64,000 nucleotides of DNA from Isurus oxyrinchus (taxonomy: Eukaryota): positions 10,540,001-10,604,000 of the forward strand of contig JANJGN010000039.1 in the NCBI GenBank assembly GCA_026770705.1, given 5' to 3'. Below the pieces are notes generated by a model. The model made no database searches. It worked only from the letters and a program-made list of their open reading frames with translations, and was not told the origin of the DNA. Made by a program: the position numbers and the translations under genes. Positions 63,263 to 64,000 of the stretch are shown here, in pieces. Positions within the stretch are counted from its first letter, which is position 1, and each line of letters starts with the position of its first letter.

Positions 63263-64000
63263 CTGGAAGAGAGGGACAGAGAGAGCAGGAGATTGATGAC
63301 ACAGAAGAACTTGATTAATTTTCTTCCTGTTGTAGCAAAGAAATGTGCATTTGACCCACATATGCCACAGTTAGCTTTCCGAGGCGAAGTTGTTCTAAAT
63401 GTAAACTGGACCTATTGAAAGTGCTTAGGGAAGAGAAACATTAGTTGATAATTCGTCTTTTGAAATGAAAATCATCAATGTAGACTGGACAACTATTGTA
63501 CAATAAAGACTGAGATTGCTGAGGGCGAATTTGACCTGGACAATTTGAATGCACACAAACGGCTTGGCATGGTGAATATTAAAAGGAAAATGGGTGGTGT
63601 AAAAATTCAATTCATGTGTGTTGGTCCAATGTGAAATGTGAAAGGTATGCACAATATAGAATCTGGGCCAAGTAAAATTATACTCCAGAAGAGGTAGACA
63701 TGCAGTTCGTGCTGGGCTGTCTATAGATGCGATAGGCACTGGGAAGGATTATTGTACTACAGGACTTACAGTTTGAAGATTAAATATTGCCCAGGGACAC
63801 GAACATACCGTGAACGCAAGTGAAAGTAAAAATGGAAAGGTAAAAAAAAACAGGAACATATAAGGCCACTGAGCTACATAAAAGACCAGCATAGATGAGG
63901 CCAAATGCAAGTTTTCACAAGCGTCATCACAGTGGCAGTACAATTTGAATCAATACAAGGTGACATTCTTATGCAGATTCCCAGTGAGAAGTTTTATTTG

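Noticed and set aside
63263-63302. N-terminus MSSISCSLCPSLP of the GPCR ORF
   Set aside because: Non-ATG start running through a polypyrimidine tract and AG acceptor; intron sequence.

Overview
Eukaryotic, repeat-dominated genomic DNA, very probably from a cartilaginous fish (inferred from CR1/HER1-type LINEs, a Deu-domain SINE and a GPR139/142-like GPCR exon of the type expanded in sharks). There is no prokaryotic operon or CRISPR. The only intact protein-coding element is the large terminal exon of a class A GPCR (62358-63262, minus strand). Left to right: (i) a ~10 kb degenerate 18-bp satellite with a ~3.9 kb internal duplication carrying CR1 and Gypsy-RT relics; (ii) a heavily decayed, LINE/SINE-shattered SAMD9/SAMD9L-like gene on the minus strand (~12.1-20.9 kb) plus a paralogous C-terminal copy (22.9-24.5 kb); (iii) a 7.6 kb 55/56-bp dimeric satellite; (iv) a diverged ~2 kb macro-repeat carrying four tRNA-Asp(GTC) copies in progressive decay; (v) a young A-B-A-B-A rearrangement (41361-54105) in which a 2.14 kb piece of the satellite from 15 kb upstream is spliced between tandem copies of a 2.8 kb segment; (vi) two further SAMD9-like NTPase relics; (vii) the GPCR exon. 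SAMD9 calls rest on manual, frameshift-tolerant comparison with the human SAMD9/9L sequence as recalled, and need a real alignment. Boundaries of old repeats are approximate (tens of bp).
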